Positions 61,771 to 64,000 of a DNA stretch of 64,000 bases are shown in pieces. Source of the DNA: an uncultured candidate division Zixibacteria bacterium (GTDB lineage: Bacteria > Zixibacteria > MSB-5A5 > UBA10806); the NCBI GenBank assembly GCA_963817915.1, contig CAWFQL010000016.1, positions 256,001-320,000 on the forward strand. Direction: 5' to 3'. Within the stretch, counting starts at the first letter, position 1. Every line of letters begins with the position of its first letter. The position numbers were made by a program, and so were the translations under genes. Under the pieces are notes generated by a model, which saw nothing but the letters and a program-made list of their open reading frames with translations, was not told the DNA's origin and did not search any database.

Positions 61771-62640
61771 ATGAGCGCCCTGTCAGAAAAGAAGAATGTA
61801 GCCCTTATATCAGTATTTGCCGCAATTACTTTAACGGGCTCAAAGACTATTGTTGGAGTATTGACGGGCAGTCTTGGAATCCTTGCCGAAGCGCTTCATT
61901 CGGGACTGGATCTGATTGCGGCCTTAATAACCTATTTCTCCGTTCGAGTTTCCGATAAGCCCGCTGACAAAGAACATCACTTTGGACACGGCAAAATTGA
62001 AAATCTTTCCGCCTTAGCGGAAACTGTGCTACTATTCATAACATGCGGATGGATTATTTACGAGGCGATCGGCCGATTAACCTCAGGACGTGTTCATATA
62101 GAGATCACTTCATGGAGTTTTATTGTTGTAATAACATCTATTTGCATAGATTTCTGGCGTTCGAGAGCCCTGATGAAAGCGGCCAAAAAACACAATAGCC
62201 AGGCATTAGAAGCTGACGCTTTGCATTTTTCGACTGACATCTGGAGCTCGGGAGTGGTTTTTCTCGGGCTGGTGTGCGCTGGTTTTGGATTGTTTTTGGC
62301 TGATTCAATCGCGGCGTTAGTGGTGGCCGCCATAGTAATTTATGTTTGTATTCAGTTGGGGAAGCGGGCGATTGATGTGTTACTCGATAGAGCGCCGGAA
62401 GGGATGGAACTTACCATAAAGAATATTGCCATGGAACTTCCGGAAATAATCTCTATTCGCGATATGCGAGTCCGCAACTCCGGGCCTGATATTTTCGTGG
62501 AAATCTCAATTTGTGTTGAACCAACGATGACAATATGCGAAGCTCACGAAATCGCAAATCAATTGGAAGGCATCCTCCTCAAGAGAATCAAGAGAATCCA
62601 CGTAAATGTACATTTGGAGCCGCAAATTGGCCCGCAATAA
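61771..62640 (+). CDS. Cation diffusion facilitator (FieF-like)
   Basis: AEALHSGLD, PADKEHHFGHGKIE, ADALHFSTD, EAHEIA, VHLEP. Confidence 0.93.
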   Translation: MSALSEKKNVALISVFAAITLTGSKTIVGVLTGSLGILAEALHSGLDLIAALITYFSVRVSDKPADKEHHFGHGKIENLSALAETVLLFITCGWIIYEAIGRLTSGRVHIEITSWSFIVVITSICIDFWRSRALMKAAKKHNSQALEADALHFSTDIWSSGVVFLGLVCAGFGLFLADSIAALVVAAIVIYVCIQLGKRAIDVLLDRAPEGMELTIKNIAMELPEIISIRDMRVRNSGPDIFVEISICVEPTMTICEAHEIANQLEGILLKRIKRIHVNVHLEPQIGPQ

Positions 62641-62714
62641 ATCGATTAACGGTGATAACTTCATATTAATAACGCTCAAATTCCGCATTCTAGATATCAA
62701 GGGGGGAGTAAAAT

Positions 62715-63509
62715 TTGATCAAGTTACAGGCTAAGAATCTACGGCTCTTATTGAAGGCTGCGTCCTTTGTGATTATCGTAATAATTGCGAAACTTGGTTC
62801 GCATTTTATGGGATTCGAAATACTTTCAATTAACAACCTGTTTTCGGGAATTATAGCTGGCAATGTTTTCCTAATGGGTTTTTTATTGTCCGGAGTACTG
62901 AGTGACTATAAAGAAAGCGAACGTATTCCTGGCGAAATTGCAAACTCTCTTTCGGCAATATCCGATGAATTCCTGAGCATCTATAAATTCAAAAAAGATA
63001 TGGCGGCCGAAAACGGACTGCATATCATGCAAAATTTAATTTACGATATCAATAGCTGGTTCTACAGAAAGGTCAAGACCAGGGAATTGCTGGTAAATGT
63101 CAGAGCGCTGAATGATATTTTTATGAAATTGGAAAATTCTACTCAGGCAAATTATCTTGTCCGGCTCAAAAATGAAGCCTCAACTCTGAAACGGCTAATT
63201 ATAAGAACAGATGTTATCAGAGATACTAATTTTATTTCTTCAGGGTATCTAATTGCCAGTAGCGTTACAGGCCTGTTGTGCATCGGGTTGATTCTATCAA
63301 GAATTGAACCATTTGTCGAATCGCTATTTTTTGTAAGCGTAATTTCATTTCTGATGATATTCCTGTTAATGTTGATTCGAGACTTGGATAATCCGTTTGC
63401 CTATGATGAAGATGGCTCGGCCGAGACAGTCTCGCTCTATCCCATCGCGCGACTTCAGGAAGAATTGAAAAATCTTATGGATTTTGAACATAAAGAACAA
63501 AACAATTAA
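62715..63509 (+). CDS. Hypothetical membrane protein (DUF4239/bestrophin-like)
   Basis: Two pairs of TMs; GFLLSGVLSDYKESE and LIRDLDNPF. Confidence 0.55.
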   Translation: MIKLQAKNLRLLLKAASFVIIVIIAKLGSHFMGFEILSINNLFSGIIAGNVFLMGFLLSGVLSDYKESERIPGEIANSLSAISDEFLSIYKFKKDMAAENGLHIMQNLIYDINSWFYRKVKTRELLVNVRALNDIFMKLENSTQANYLVRLKNEASTLKRLIIRTDVIRDTNFISSGYLIASSVTGLLCIGLILSRIEPFVESLFFVSVISFLMIFLLMLIRDLDNPFAYDEDGSAETVSLYPIARLQEELKNLMDFEHKEQNN

Positions 63510-63531
63510 TTCAATAATCAGATCAATATAA

Positions 63532-64000
63532 TTATCGAGAGCGAAGTACTACGCGTAGAATCTCTCCCGGATACCATAGCCGCATGCGCGGGCCCCAGGT
63601 TCCGGTTCCGCGAGAAACTATAACCGGCATTCCATTGATAATATATTTGCCTGCCAATAACGGATTGGCCAGACCGGAGATATAAGTGAATGGCCAAAGT
63701 TGTCCGCCGTGAGTATGCCCGCTGAGCATCAGACGCACACCCGAGTTCGCTGCCTGTTCAGCGTTCAACGGCCTATGTGATAAAAAAATTGTAGTAGTCT
63801 GAGCAGGTATTCCCGCAAGGGCGCGCTCGATTTGGCTCGAAGTATCGGCGTTCCGAAAGTGCTCATTGCGGTCGTCGATTCCAGCTAGAATTAATCCTGG
63901 CTCAAGTTCATTCCAATGATTTCTCAGCATGTGTACTCCCGCGTCCTCCAGAAATTGTATGGTCGAGTCGAGTCCTCCATGAGATTCGTGGTTGCCTGTG
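63532..64000 (-). CDS. Metallophosphoesterase (5' part outside the window)
   Basis: TGNHE at the window edge, GIDD, LSHRP, SGHTHGGQ, SRGTGTWGP. Confidence 0.88.
   Translation of the reverse strand, partial: TGNHESHGGLDSTIQFLEDAGVHMLRNHWNELEPGLILAGIDDRNEHFRNADTSSQIERALAGIPAQTTTIFLSHRPLNAEQAANSGVRLMLSGHTHGGQLWPFTYISGLANPLLAGKYIINGMPVIVSRGTGTWGPRMRLWYPGEILRVVLRSR

Overview
Bacterial chromosomal window from a diderm organism with many signal-peptide, lipoprotein and beta-barrel genes. A protein with a C-terminal 'QNYPNPFN' sorting domain, a GWxTD protein and spoVG after ispE suggest an FCB-related or Zixibacteria-like candidate phylum (inference). In order: (1) a minus-strand chemosensory operon cheA (two HPt domains)-cheW-cheW with an inserted CZB domain-porin-MCP (five frameshifts)-cheR-cheB, divergent from a double-receiver protein, both with sigma28-like promoters; (2) hydrogenase maturation genes (protease, hypFCDE); (3) uvrA followed by an AT-rich tcmP/DUF5131 pair; (4) a secreted FN3 protein and an orphan sigma54 regulator; (5) rpmH-rnpA-yidD-yidC-mnmE without dnaA, jag or mnmG; (6) accessory lipoprotein, OMP and nitroreductase genes; (7) a group 3b [NiFe]-hydrogenase operon about 20 kb from its maturation genes; (8) an RsbV/W/U partner-switch locus with an unannotated 43-aa Cys-rich microprotein, then a GWxTD protein, wzi, ispE and spoVG; (9) glycosylation genes, typA and a DEAD-box helicase; (10) a metal-uptake operon headed by a His/CxxC/RAPP leader ORF, then a NhaR-like LysR and a CDF transporter. 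Intergenic regions from 16.5 to 35.3 kb are mosaics of many different REP-like palindromes, with an IS30 end remnant and a 5'-truncated ORF6N gene. No rRNA, tRNA or CRISPR array was recognised. All calls come from reading motifs by eye; no database search was run.
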